A stretch of 64,000 nt of DNA, from NCBI GenBank assembly GCA_963743915.1, contig CAVURN010000003.1:416001-480000 (forward strand). The letters are read 5' to 3'. This DNA comes from an uncultured Actinomycetota bacterium. Its GTDB lineage: Bacteria; Actinomycetota; Actinomycetes; JAHEKZ01. The translations under genes were made by a program, and so were the position numbers. Each line of letters starts with the position of its first letter. The stretch's first letter is position 1. Below, piece by piece: positions 30,670-39,594 of the stretch. Under the pieces are notes generated by a model, which worked only from the letters and a program-made list of their open reading frames with translations, ran no database searches and was not told the origin of the DNA.

Positions 30670-31103
30670 ACGCTGAGTCCACCGACAACCGGTGGCTCGG
30701 GCGTGGCGTGGCCACGGTTCTGCTGGGACTGATGATCGTCTGCTTCGCCGCGGACGACGAGTGGTGGCCCCTGTCGGGGTTCTCCTTGTTCAGCCAGGTG
30801 CGCGGAGCGGAGCAGACGTCGTGGAGCCTGTACGCCATCAGTGGCGGTAGGGCAGAACAGGTGCCACTGGCCTCGTTGCCAGCGTCGCATTGGGGCAGTC
30901 ATCACGTCCTCCCCACTCTGACGGATGCCAGCATCGACGAGCAGCGGGGCGCGGTGCGCGCATGGCTTGTGGCCGCTGGCTACGATCCGGACGAGATCGA
31001 GATGGTGCGAGTGGTTCGCATCGTTTCTCGCGTTCCCAGCGAGTTGAACGAGCCGGCCCGTGAGGTGTCGCAGGTCGTCACGCTCGAAGTCGACCCGCGG
31101 TGA
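30657..31103 (+). CDS. Membrane-anchored hypothetical protein, probable HTTM partner
   Basis: One TM helix then EWWPLSGFSLFS; overlaps both neighbours. Confidence 0.65.
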   Translation: MRPVDAESTDNRWLGRGVATVLLGLMIVCFAADDEWWPLSGFSLFSQVRGAEQTSWSLYAISGGRAEQVPLASLPASHWGSHHVLPTLTDASIDEQRGAVRAWLVAAGYDPDEIEMVRVVRIVSRVPSELNEPAREVSQVVTLEVDPR

Positions 31104-31999
31104 GCCAACGTGTCGCCGGTCTTGGGCGCCTGGCGTGGTTCGACAGGGCGCTCTTCGCACCGGGTTCCGCCCATCGTGTCGCTTGTGTGCGCATCGCACT
31201 GGTCCTCATCATCGGGCTCCGCCTGATCACGCATCAGTGGTGGTCCATGAGCGGCCGCCCCGCCGAGCTGTTTCGTCCCGTGCCTGTGGTGGCATGGCTG
31301 GACACCGTGCCGTCGGCGTGGGTCCTCACGCTGATCGAAGTCGTCGGTCTGTCGGCGGTCGTGCTCTGCGTGCTGGGCAGGTGGACGCGCCCCAGCTTCG
31401 GCACCGCATGGGCTTGTCTGCTCCTTCTCGGCGCCTTCCACAGCAGCGCCGGCAAGATCATGCACAACGAGGTGCTGCTGTTGCTGGCCAGCGTTCCAGT
31501 GCTGTTCGCCCCTCGGTGGGCGCGCGCGTGGGACCGGCGCGAGAGCATTGCCGCTGGCTGGCCCCCGCGACTCGCCATCATCGTCATGGCCGCCGTGTAC
31601 TTCATGGCAGGTCTGCGGAAGGTGATGGTGAGCGGACCGGACTGGGTCTTGAGTGACAACCTCTCATGGGTCCTGTACGCCGGCGCCCAGTCGGACAACT
31701 CGCTCGCCCCTGCCTTGGCGGTCGCCATCGCCGGTACGTGGCTGCCACCGGTAGTCGCGGGCGCCACGCTCGTGCTCGAGCTGGGAGCGCCACTGTTGTT
31801 GTGGGGCCGACGAACCCGCTATCTCTTCGCCGCCGGCATCGTCGGTATGCACGCGGGGATTGGGCTGCTTCTGGGCCTGGACTACTCGGCATGGGCCCTG
31901 ACGGTGATTGCGCTCGTGTTTCCCTGGGATCGGCTGCGTCAGGTGACGTCGGAGGAGCGTGCGACCACGCGGCTTCTGCCCGTGCGCTGGGCCAGGTAG
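31100..31999 (+). CDS. HTTM-domain membrane protein (VKGC/SdpB-like)
   Basis: GKIMH, GWPPRL, AVYFMAGLRK, ELGAP, MHAGIGLLLGL. Confidence 0.75.
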   Translation: MSQRVAGLGRLAWFDRALFAPGSAHRVACVRIALVLIIGLRLITHQWWSMSGRPAELFRPVPVVAWLDTVPSAWVLTLIEVVGLSAVVLCVLGRWTRPSFGTAWACLLLLGAFHSSAGKIMHNEVLLLLASVPVLFAPRWARAWDRRESIAAGWPPRLAIIVMAAVYFMAGLRKVMVSGPDWVLSDNLSWVLYAGAQSDNSLAPALAVAIAGTWLPPVVAGATLVLELGAPLLLWGRRTRYLFAAGIVGMHAGIGLLLGLDYSAWALTVIALVFPWDRLRQVTSEERATTRLLPVRWAR

Positions 32000-32063
32000 A
32001 GCAGAGCAGCTGCCGGGACGTGAGCGGTTGCCTCGCCACCTCGATGACTGTCCACGGCTCTCG

Positions 32064-32732
32064 TCAGGTGAACAGCTTCCAGTTTCCCTCTGACACGACT
32101 TCGACGGCGCCGTCGGCCACCTTGATGGCCGTCTGGTCGTCGATGGCGTAGGCGGGGGCGGAGATGCCAGCCGCCCACTGCTCCGCCTCAGCCATGGAGT
32201 TACCCGGCTCGCCGTCCTGAGCAAGGTGAGGGCAGATCGAGAAATCCACAATGCCTAGCGTGGTGCCGTCACCGTCCGATGGTCTCCACTGGATGAAGTC
32301 CTCCCCGACCTCGGGGGTCATCACCATGCTTCCGGCGCTCAGTCCCACCCATACCGTTTCGTTCAGTGTCGGGAGCAGGTCTGCGAGTCCGGACTTCTGC
32401 ATCCAGTGGCACAGGTAGAGGACGTCGCCGCCTGCTACAAGCAGGACGTCCGTGTCCCGGACTAGCGGCACCCAAGCCTCTTCGTCGATGCTGGGCAGCG
32501 CGGTGAGTTCGAGCACACCCACCGACTTCCAGCCCAGGTCGACCATGGGATTCTCGGATTTTCCAGCGATGAACCGCCAAGCCTCTTCGCCAGGGCCGAC
32601 CCATGGGTGCCCGTACTGCGCGGTGGGGATACACAGGGCGTTGGAGTCGGCAATCGGCTTGCCTAGCAGATCGACCAGCGCCTCGCGGATGCTGGTGTTG
32701 GTGACGCCCCCCGATGTGAGCAGAAGTTTCAT
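32064..32732 (-). CDS. Peptidase S51 (dipeptidase E) / type 1 GATase-like protein
   Basis: MKLLLTSGG, CIPTA, VAGGD, GLSAGS, ICPH, YAIDD. Confidence 0.9.
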   Translation of the reverse strand: MKLLLTSGGVTNTSIREALVDLLGKPIADSNALCIPTAQYGHPWVGPGEEAWRFIAGKSENPMVDLGWKSVGVLELTALPSIDEEAWVPLVRDTDVLLVAGGDVLYLCHWMQKSGLADLLPTLNETVWVGLSAGSMVMTPEVGEDFIQWRPSDGDGTTLGIVDFSICPHLAQDGEPGNSMAEAEQWAAGISAPAYAIDDQTAIKVADGAVEVVSEGNWKLFT

Positions 32733-32860
32733 CAATCCTCCTGAGTCGGGCGCGACGAGTTGAAAGACTGCTCAGCCCTGGACACCATCAAGTCCGGCTC
32801 CTTGTCGTGGCGCCTTCTGTGGCTCGACCGGCAGAGACCTGCGACTTCGAAGGCGAGCGG

Positions 32861-32934
32861 TGGAGCGGGTGACGAGAATCGAACTCGCACTGTCAGCTTG
32901 GGAAGCTGATGTTCTGCCATTGAACTACACCCGC
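32861..32934 (-). tRNA. tRNA-Gly (CCC)
   Basis: GCGGGTGTAGTTCAATGGCAGAACATCAGCTTCCCAAGCTGA...GTTCGATTC...CACCCGCTCCA; cloverleaf with encoded CCA. Confidence 0.97.
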
Positions 32935-32979
32935 GGCCGCGAGCTGCTGGCTCGCTCGCAGCGACGATGATAGCCGCCG

Positions 32980-33288
32980 TCAGCGGCCGGCGATGGCGGC
33001 GGTGTGACCGTCGCCGGTGACCTCGAGCACTGAGAAGGGGGGCAGGCCTCGGGTGTCCTGAAGGGGCTGGTGCTGCTGCAGCTGGGCGAGGGCCGGGTAG
33101 AGGTGGTCCCGCATGAACGCCCGGTAGTCGTCCTCGCTCTCCCAGACGTCGATCATGCGGACGCCGCCGTCGATGGGACCGACGACGTGCGCGAGGCACT
33201 TCTCGAGAGCTGTCGGAGGGATGAGGGCGGCGAGCTCGGCCTGACCCCCCAAGGTGATCCCGGGCATGTCCTGGCAGAAGGCGTACAT
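32980..33288 (-). CDS. Small hypothetical protein, dimeric alpha-beta barrel-like
   Basis: HVVGPIDGGVRMIDVWESEDDYRAF; GAGGAGG RBS; divergent from a TetR gene. Confidence 0.75.
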   Translation of the reverse strand: MYAFCQDMPGITLGGQAELAALIPPTALEKCLAHVVGPIDGGVRMIDVWESEDDYRAFMRDHLYPALAQLQQHQPLQDTRGLPPFSVLEVTGDGHTAAIAGR

Positions 33289-33368
33289 GGGTCCTCCTCG
33301 CGTGAATCCGGCCGCTAGGCTAGACTTCCATCTATTGAATAGTGATGACTATAGGGAATTGAGATCAG

Positions 33369-34008
33369 GTGTCAAGGCGTCCGTACGACTCCACCCGTCG
33401 ACAGCAGCAGGCGGCCGCGACCCGGAGGGCGGTGATGGACGCGGGGCGTGCACTCTTCGTCGAGCGCGGCTACGCGGCCACCACGGTCGCCGACATCGCG
33501 ACGTCCGCCGGTGTGGCACCGGCCACCGTGAATGCTGCCTTCGGGGGCAAGGCCGGGCTGCTCAAACGCCTCGTCGACGTGGCCATCGTCGGTGACGACG
33601 AGCCGGTCCCGGTCGCCGAGCGGGACATTGCCCGGCGCATCGCCGCCGAGCCAGACGCGCGCCGGCAGATCGAGCTGCTCGTGGGCTCGCTGACCGAGAC
33701 CCATGAGCGCCTGGCCGAGCTGCACGACGTCGTGACTCAAGCGTCCGGCGTCGACGAGCAGGTGCGGGCTGAGCAGGTCCGTGGCCAGAAACGACGACGT
33801 CTGGGAATGGGTGAGTTCGTGGCGCTCGTGCGCGACGAGGCCCTCGCGCACGACCGGGAGACGACAGCCGACATCGTCTGGGCGCTGACCGAGCCTCGCC
33901 TGTACCTCGGTCTCGTCCGCGAGCGGGGGTGGACGCCGGGACCAGTACCGGAGATGGCTGATCGATCAGCTGGTGACCGCTGTCCTCCGACCCGACTCAC
34001 CCGGCTAG
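33369..34008 (+). CDS. TetR family regulator (frameshift near 33940)
   Basis: FVERGYAATTVADIATSAGVAPATV...GGK HTH; C-terminus WTP/DQYRRWL in a shifted frame. Confidence 0.88.
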
Positions 34009-34020
34009 TAGTCTCCCCGC

Positions 34021-34605
34021 GTGCTCCTCTCCGACCGAGACATCCAAGCCGAGATCGCCGCCGGACGCGTCCAGCTCGACCCGTTCGACGCCGCGATGGT
34101 GCAGCCGTCCAGCGTCGACGTCCGGCTCGACCGCTACTTCCGCGTCTTCGAGAACCACCGCTACCCGCACATCGACCCGGCGAAGGAGCAGCCCGAGCTC
34201 ACCCGCCTGGTCGAGCCTCAGGGCGACGAGCCGTTCATCCTGCACCCGGGCGAGTTCGCGCTGGCGTCCACGTACGAGGTGGTCTCGCTCCCCGACGACG
34301 TCGCGGGGCGGCTGGAGGGCAAGTCCTCGCTCGGACGCCTCGGCCTGCTGACCCATTCCACGGCGGGCTTCATCGACCCCGGCTTCTCGGGCCACGTCAC
34401 GCTCGAGCTGAGCAACGTCGCCACGCTGCCCATCAAGCTGTGGCCGGGCATGAAGATCGGCCAGCTGTGCCTGTTCCGGCTCTCGTCGCCCGCGGAGCAC
34501 CCGTACGGGTCTGAGAAGTACGGCTCGCGCTACCAGGGCCAGCGGGGCCCGACGCCGAGCAAGTCGTTCCTCAACTTCCACCGCACCGACATCCCGCAGG
34601 GCTGA
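34021..34605 (+). CDS. dcd: dCTP deaminase
   Basis: [58 protein letters not shown]. Confidence 0.97.
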   Translation: MLLSDRDIQAEIAAGRVQLDPFDAAMVQPSSVDVRLDRYFRVFENHRYPHIDPAKEQPELTRLVEPQGDEPFILHPGEFALASTYEVVSLPDDVAGRLEGKSSLGRLGLLTHSTAGFIDPGFSGHVTLELSNVATLPIKLWPGMKIGQLCLFRLSSPAEHPYGSEKYGSRYQGQRGPTPSKSFLNFHRTDIPQG

Positions 34606-34647
34606 CGACCAGCCCGCTGGGTGCGTGGCCGGTGGAGACGGGTCGCG

Positions 34648-34818
34648 TCAGTGCATGCTCATGGGGGGCGGGCCGTAGGGACTGCCGCCTTCGCGTTGGT
34701 GCTGGAGCCGCTCAGCGGCGTCGCGGTCCTGGCGGAAGGCATCGCGCTGCTGGTCCTGGTAGCGCCAGATGAGAAGGCGCTTCCAGGCGCGAGCGGTCAG
34801 ATCAGCGACACGTCTCAT
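34648..34818 (-). CDS. Small 56-aa WRY-motif protein (copy A)
   Basis: MRRVADLTARAWKRLLIWRYQDQQRDAFRQDRDAAERLQHQREGGSPYGPPPMSMH; GAGGGG RBS; absent from the ORF track. Confidence 0.72.
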   Translation of the reverse strand: MRRVADLTARAWKRLLIWRYQDQQRDAFRQDRDAAERLQHQREGGSPYGPPPMSMH

Positions 34819-34889
34819 GGCGACCCCCTCAGCAGGTCTGGCCAGTGTGACAGAGCCGTCAGATCCGCGGCAGACGTTCAGCCCGCGGG

Positions 34890-35033
34890 TCAGTGCAGGT
34901 GGCTGGCGCGCGCGATCTGCAGACGCTCGTGCGCATCACGCTGGCTGCGGGCACGAGCGGTGCTCTGCTCCTCGTAGCGCCAGATCTGGAACCGCTGGAC
35001 GAGACGCTCGACGGGGGCGACGACGGAACTCAC
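34890..35033 (-). CDS. Small 47-aa WRY-motif protein (copy B)
   Basis: MSSVVAPVERLVQRFQIWRYEEQSTARARSQRDAHERLQIARASHLH; AGAGGT RBS before GTG; ungapped similarity to copy A. Confidence 0.72.
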   Translation of the reverse strand: MSSVVAPVERLVQRFQIWRYEEQSTARARSQRDAHERLQIARASHLH

Positions 35034-35202
35034 AGGAGACACCTCTAGGGAAGGGCCGACAGGGGTCGGCGGTCGTGCTGGAAGGACGCCTCCATGGTGC
35101 AGGACGGAGCACTGGTGTTCCAAATCGGGGCGCGCGGTTCCACCATGCGGAAGCGCAGCGTTCCGGCACGTCCACCAGGCACGCACGCGGCGGGCTGGGG
35201 GC

Positions 35203-37386
35203 TCAGCCCGCCGCAGCGGCGCCATTCTTCGCGGCCTTCAGCAGCAGCTGGGCGACGTCGACCACCTGCACCTGCTCCTCGCGCTCGACCTCGGACTGCA
35301 CCTCCGAGACGCCGTCGCTGAGCATGACCTTGCAGAAGGGGCAGCCGACCGCGATCGTCTGCGCGCCGGTGCCGATGGCCTCTTCGGTGCGCTCGGTGTT
35401 GACCCGCTTGCCGATCTTCTCCTCCATCCACATCCGAGCACCGCCTGCTCCGCAGCAGAACCCGCGCTCGGAGTTGCGCGGCATCTCGGCGAAGTCGGCA
35501 CCGGAGGCCCCGATGAGGTCGCGAGGAGGGCTGTAGACCTTGTTGTGGCGACCGAGGTAGCAGGGGTCGTGATACGTGACCTTCTCCGACACGGACGACA
35601 CCGGGGTCAGCTTGCCGTCGCGCACCAGCGTGTTCAGCAGCTGCGTGTGGTGGACGACCTCGTAGTGACCGCCGACCTGCGGGTACTCGTTGCGCAACGT
35701 GTTGAAGCAGTGGGCGCAGGTGACGACGATCTTCTTGGCCCCGACCTCGTTGAGCACCTCGACGTTCTGCTGCGCGAGCATCTGGAACAGGAACTCGTTG
35801 CCGGAACGGCGCGCGGAGTCGCCGGTGCAGGTCTCCCCCTCACCGAGCACCGCGAAGGTGACGCCGGCCATGTGCAGCAGCTCGGCGACCGCCTGCGTGG
35901 TCTTCTTCGCTCGGTCCTCGAAGGCACCGGCGCAGCCGACCCAGAACAGGTACTCGGTGTCGTCGTCGAGTGGGCCTTCGACGACGTTCACCTCGAACGG
36001 CAGGTCGGCGGCCCAGTCCATCCGCGAGGACGCGTTCATGCCCCACGGGTTGCCCTTGCTCTCCATGTTCTTGAAGAGGCCACCGAGCTCGGCGGGGAAC
36101 TCCGACTCGATCAGCACCTGGAAGCGGCGCATGTCGGTGATGTGGTCGATGTGCTCGATGTCGACGGGGCACTGCTCGACGCAGGCTCCGCACGTCGTGC
36201 AGGACCAGAGGACGTCGGGGTCGATGACGCCGCCGCCGATGGCGTGCCCGCTCTCGTCGTGCTCGGTCGGGCCGACGAGAGGACGTTCCGCGGCGTCCTG
36301 CACGCTCTGCGAGAAGGCGGTGAGATCGACCGGGACCGGCGGATGCGCACCACCCGTGGAGGCCAGGTAGTCCGGGTGCTTCTGCTTGATGAGGTACGGC
36401 GCCTGGGCGAACGCGTTGTCCCGCAGGCTCATGATGAGCAGCTTCGGCGACAGCGGCTTACCCGTGTTCCACGCCGGGCACTGGGACTGGCAGCGGCCGC
36501 ACTCGGTGCACGTCGCGAAGTCGAGCATGCCCTTCCAGGTGAAGTCCTCGAGCTTGCCGCGTCCGAACACGTCGTCCTCGCCCGGGTCCTCGAAGTCGAT
36601 CGGCTGTCCACCGGAGTACATGGGCAGCATCGGGCCGAGCGCGTTCGGACGCCGCGAGAACGCGACGTTGATCGGTGCCACGAAGATGTGGAGGTGCTTG
36701 CTGTACACGACGATGACGAGGAAGCCGAGGATCACCGCGAGGTGCAGCAGCACGCCGATCGTCGCGAGCTTCTCGTTGGTGCTCTCGCCGAGCGGCTCGA
36801 GCAGGTTCGCGAAGAACTGCGAGCCGAACGCGAAGTCGTCGGGGTACGGGAAGTGCCCTGAGTTGATCTTCGCGCCACGGTAGAAGAGCAGCGTCCAGAC
36901 GACGTTGAAGATCATGAAGAGCACGAGCCAGGCGGCTCCGGTGTGCGAGCCGTAGAAGCGCGACGCGCGACCGCGGTTGTTGGGGTTCTGCTTGATGCGG
37001 ATCACCGTGAAGACAACCAGGGCCACCAGGACGAGGACGGCGAACAGGTCCTCGACGAAGGCCACGACCGCCCACTCGTCGATGACCGGGATCGTCAGCT
37101 CCGGGTCGATGATCGACAGGTACGCCTCGACGATGGTGAGTCCCAGGATGATGAATCCCCAGAACGCGAACGCGTGGGCGATCCCCGGCACCGTCCACTT
37201 CAGCAGCTTGCGCTGCCCCAGCACCTCGACGGCCTCGGCCTCGACGAGCTGCCGCGGATCGGGCAGCGTTCCCGCCGGTCGCGGTTGGCCGACGCGGATC
37301 AGTCGCCACAGCATGAAGGCGCGGCGTCCGGCGACGAGGGCGACCACCAGGGTCATCACCAGGCCGATGGCGAGGGCTGGCTGCAC
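35203..37386 (-). CDS. Membrane-bound Fe-S oxidoreductase (FadF / heterodisulfide-reductase-like)
   Basis: N-terminal TM domain; CTECGRCQSQCP and CTTCGACVEQCP; CCG domains (WVGC, YHDPC, CCGAGG, GCPFC). Confidence 0.93.
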   Translation of the reverse strand: MQPALAIGLVMTLVVALVAGRRAFMLWRLIRVGQPRPAGTLPDPRQLVEAEAVEVLGQRKLLKWTVPGIAHAFAFWGFIILGLTIVEAYLSIIDPELTIPVIDEWAVVAFVEDLFAVLVLVALVVFTVIRIKQNPNNRGRASRFYGSHTGAAWLVLFMIFNVVWTLLFYRGAKINSGHFPYPDDFAFGSQFFANLLEPLGESTNEKLATIGVLLHLAVILGFLVIVVYSKHLHIFVAPINVAFSRRPNALGPMLPMYSGGQPIDFEDPGEDDVFGRGKLEDFTWKGMLDFATCTECGRCQSQCPAWNTGKPLSPKLLIMSLRDNAFAQAPYLIKQKHPDYLASTGGAHPPVPVDLTAFSQSVQDAAERPLVGPTEHDESGHAIGGGVIDPDVLWSCTTCGACVEQCPVDIEHIDHITDMRRFQVLIESEFPAELGGLFKNMESKGNPWGMNASSRMDWAADLPFEVNVVEGPLDDDTEYLFWVGCAGAFEDRAKKTTQAVAELLHMAGVTFAVLGEGETCTGDSARRSGNEFLFQMLAQQNVEVLNEVGAKKIVVTCAHCFNTLRNEYPQVGGHYEVVHHTQLLNTLVRDGKLTPVSSVSEKVTYHDPCYLGRHNKVYSPPRDLIGASGADFAEMPRNSERGFCCGAGGARMWMEEKIGKRVNTERTEEAIGTGAQTIAVGCPFCKVMLSDGVSEVQSEVEREEQVQVVDVAQLLLKAAKNGAAAAG

Positions 37387-37468
37387 GAGTCCTCCTGAAG
37401 TGAAGTGCTGGGGAGCCTACCGACGCCATCGGCGGTTGCGGGCGATCGGTTCCGGACTGTGACATTCA

Positions 37469-37484
37469 CTGACTCGCCGGTCAG
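37469..37484. promoter_or_regulatory. 16-bp palindrome CTGACTCGCCGGTCAG, similar to the acyl-CoA dehydrogenase operators
   Basis: Core ACTCG.CGGT shared with 22607-22645; lies upstream of the FadF-like gene. Confidence 0.5.
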
Positions 37485-37612
37485 CGGAGGCAAATTTTCG
37501 CACCCTGACCCCGGGTGGACGCTAGCCCGCAGCGAGATGGCGCAATAGCGTGGTCCACGCGCGGCTGTCGGGGCGCTGCCGCGCGCTCGCAAGAGTCCCC
37601 AGGAGGATCGTT

Positions 37613-39428
37613 GTGACAGTACGTCGTGTGCGTGGGGCAACTGTGGGGGTCGCCACGGCTCTCGTCGCAGGGCTGGTGCTCGTTCCCGTGACCGGGGCGA
37701 ACGGCGCCGGTGCAAGCAGCGGACCGAGCTTCCGACCCGTGTCCACCGACGCGGTCAGCGGCGGCGGCGCCGACGCGAGGGCGGCCCGTGCCACCGTGCG
37801 GTCGCCGGGCTCGGCGGTCGGTGCGGCCAGCGCTCGGGTGGCCGTCTCCAAGAAGATCCAGATCCTGCAGGTGTGGACCGGCGTCCAGGGGGTCGGCTCG
37901 AACGGCGTGTCGGTCGCAGCCGGTCCGAAGCACGTGGTGCAGACGGCTGGACCTCGGGTCCTCGCCTTCGTCAAGTCCACCGGATCGGCCCCCAAGGGTG
38001 GGAGCAAAACCCTGCTGCAGTTCTTCGGACTCAGCTCCCCCGTCGTGGTCAGCCAGCCGGACGTGGTCTACGACCCCGTGGGCAAGCGCTTCGTCGCCGT
38101 TGCGGTGGCTGACAACAGCGGTGACATCGGCGTGGTGATGCGGATCTCCAAAGGCACCGCCGCCGCCCCGCTGACGGGCAAGAAGTGGCTCGACCCGGTC
38201 GAGTTCGCCTTCTCGACGTCCACGCAGGAGGAGCCCGGCCGGATCGACGCCGAGGAGTCGAAGCCACTCATCGGTGTGAGCTCGGACAAGCTCGTCGTCA
38301 CCACCGTGGCCGACGACCCGGACGACGCGACCGTCGCCAACCGCATCTTCATCTTCCCCAAGGCGCCCTACTACGCCGGCGACGACAGCTTCGGGGGCTG
38401 GGCGGCGAGTGTGAACAGCACCTACGACGGCCAGGCGCCTGCGGTCAACGACACGAAGCAGGCCAACGCGTTCGTGGCGATCCCCGACACCAACGACGTC
38501 ACCGTCACCACCTACACGGGGGCGGCGAAGAACAAGGCGCCTTCGTTCAGCAAGAACGTCGTCTTCCCGGCCAACCCCCTCAACCCGCCGACCCCGGTCA
38601 CCCAGACCGGTGGCGACACGCTCGACCTGGGAGGCCTGGCGTTCACCGGAGTCGCGTGGCGCAGCAACAAGCTCTACGCCGCCGCCACCGTCAACGCGTC
38701 CGGCCGGAACGCCGTGCGCGTCTTCGGCATCAACACCGGCTCCGGGGTCTCGCTCGCCTCCGACAAGACACTGAAGAGCGCAACGGCCGACTGGTTCAGC
38801 CCCGACCTGGCGATCGACGGGGCCGGGAACGTCCTCGTCGTCGCCAACGACGAGGGCACCGTCGACGGGCCGTCCCTGGCGGTGTTCGCGCGGAAGGGAT
38901 CGAACTGGCTCTCGCCGCGGTTCATCGCCAAGGCCACCGGCGTCGTCGACGTCCCACCGGCCAACGGCACGACCGGCTGGTGGAACACCACCGGCGCGGC
39001 CCTCGATCCGAGCTCGCCGTGGGACGTGTGGGTCTCCGGCGCCGCCGGCGCAAGTGGCGTGAGCGACGGCCTCACCACCAAGGTGGCGCGCGTCTCGCTG
39101 GCCAAGAACAAGGCCACCATCAAGGCGAGCGCGACCAAGGTGCGCAAGGGCGGCAAGGTGACGTTCACGCTGAAGCTGGCGCGTCCGGACAGCAAGGACG
39201 TGATCAAGGGCCTGCCGGTGGCGCTGCAGAAGGCGTCGAAGTCCGGAAACTCGTGGACCACGGTGAAGAGCACCAAGACCGGGACGAAGGGCACCGCCAA
39301 GGTCACCGTGAAGATCAAGAAGGCAGGCAAGTACCGGACGCTGGGCAAGGCCGTCAAGCAGAAGAACGGCGCCGGCCGGTCGATTGACAAGGTCTCCAGC
39401 AAGGCCGTCGACTATCCGCCTGCGGTAG
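37613..39428 (+). CDS. Secreted protein, beta-propeller-like body with Lys-rich C-terminal beta-sandwich
   Basis: AGGAGG RBS, signal peptide, PDVVYD and SPDLAIDGAGN motifs; probable true end KAV/TIRLR* at 39428 after a 1-nt frameshift. Confidence 0.75.
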
Positions 39429-39436
39429 CCCACTCG

Positions 39437-39452
39437 TGTGACGTAGGTCACA
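39437..39452. promoter_or_regulatory. Perfect CRP/GlxR-type site TGTGA-N6-TCACA
   Basis: TGTGACGTAGGTCACA. Confidence 0.55.
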
Positions 39453-39455
39453 CCG

Positions 39456-39496
39456 ACGACGAGGACCCTCCGGAAGATCCGGGGGGTCCTCGTCGT
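39456..39496 (+). terminator. Strong stem-loop terminator
   Basis: 19-bp stem ACGACGAGGACCCTCCGGA / TCCGGGGGGTCCTCGTCGT with one G-U pair. Confidence 0.75.
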
Positions 39497-39512
39497 TATG
39501 TCAATGTCACGA

Positions 39513-39533
39513 CTTGCGCCGTCACGACTCATG
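39513..39533. promoter_or_regulatory. HAIR element (HspR operator)
   Basis: CTTGCGC-N7-ACTCATG versus consensus CTTGAGT-N7-ACTCAAG, upstream of dnaK. Confidence 0.75.
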
Positions 39534-39594
39534 TTATGTGATAGGCCATACCGCAGTTTCCGCATCATCGAGCCACAACGAAGGAGCCAGATCC

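Noticed and set aside
32732-33199. 155-aa ORF spanning the tRNA
   Set aside because: Overlaps tRNA-Gly; the segment CSSMAEHQLPKLTVRVRFSSPAP is just the translated tRNA
33369-34514. TetR ORF running through dcd
   Set aside because: Frameshift near 33940; the tail is an off-frame reading of dcd
37481-39568. 695-aa minus-strand ORF and many similar long shadow ORFs
   Set aside because: Antisense or off-frame to well-supported genes; typical of high-GC DNA, Arg/Pro/Ala-rich and without motifs
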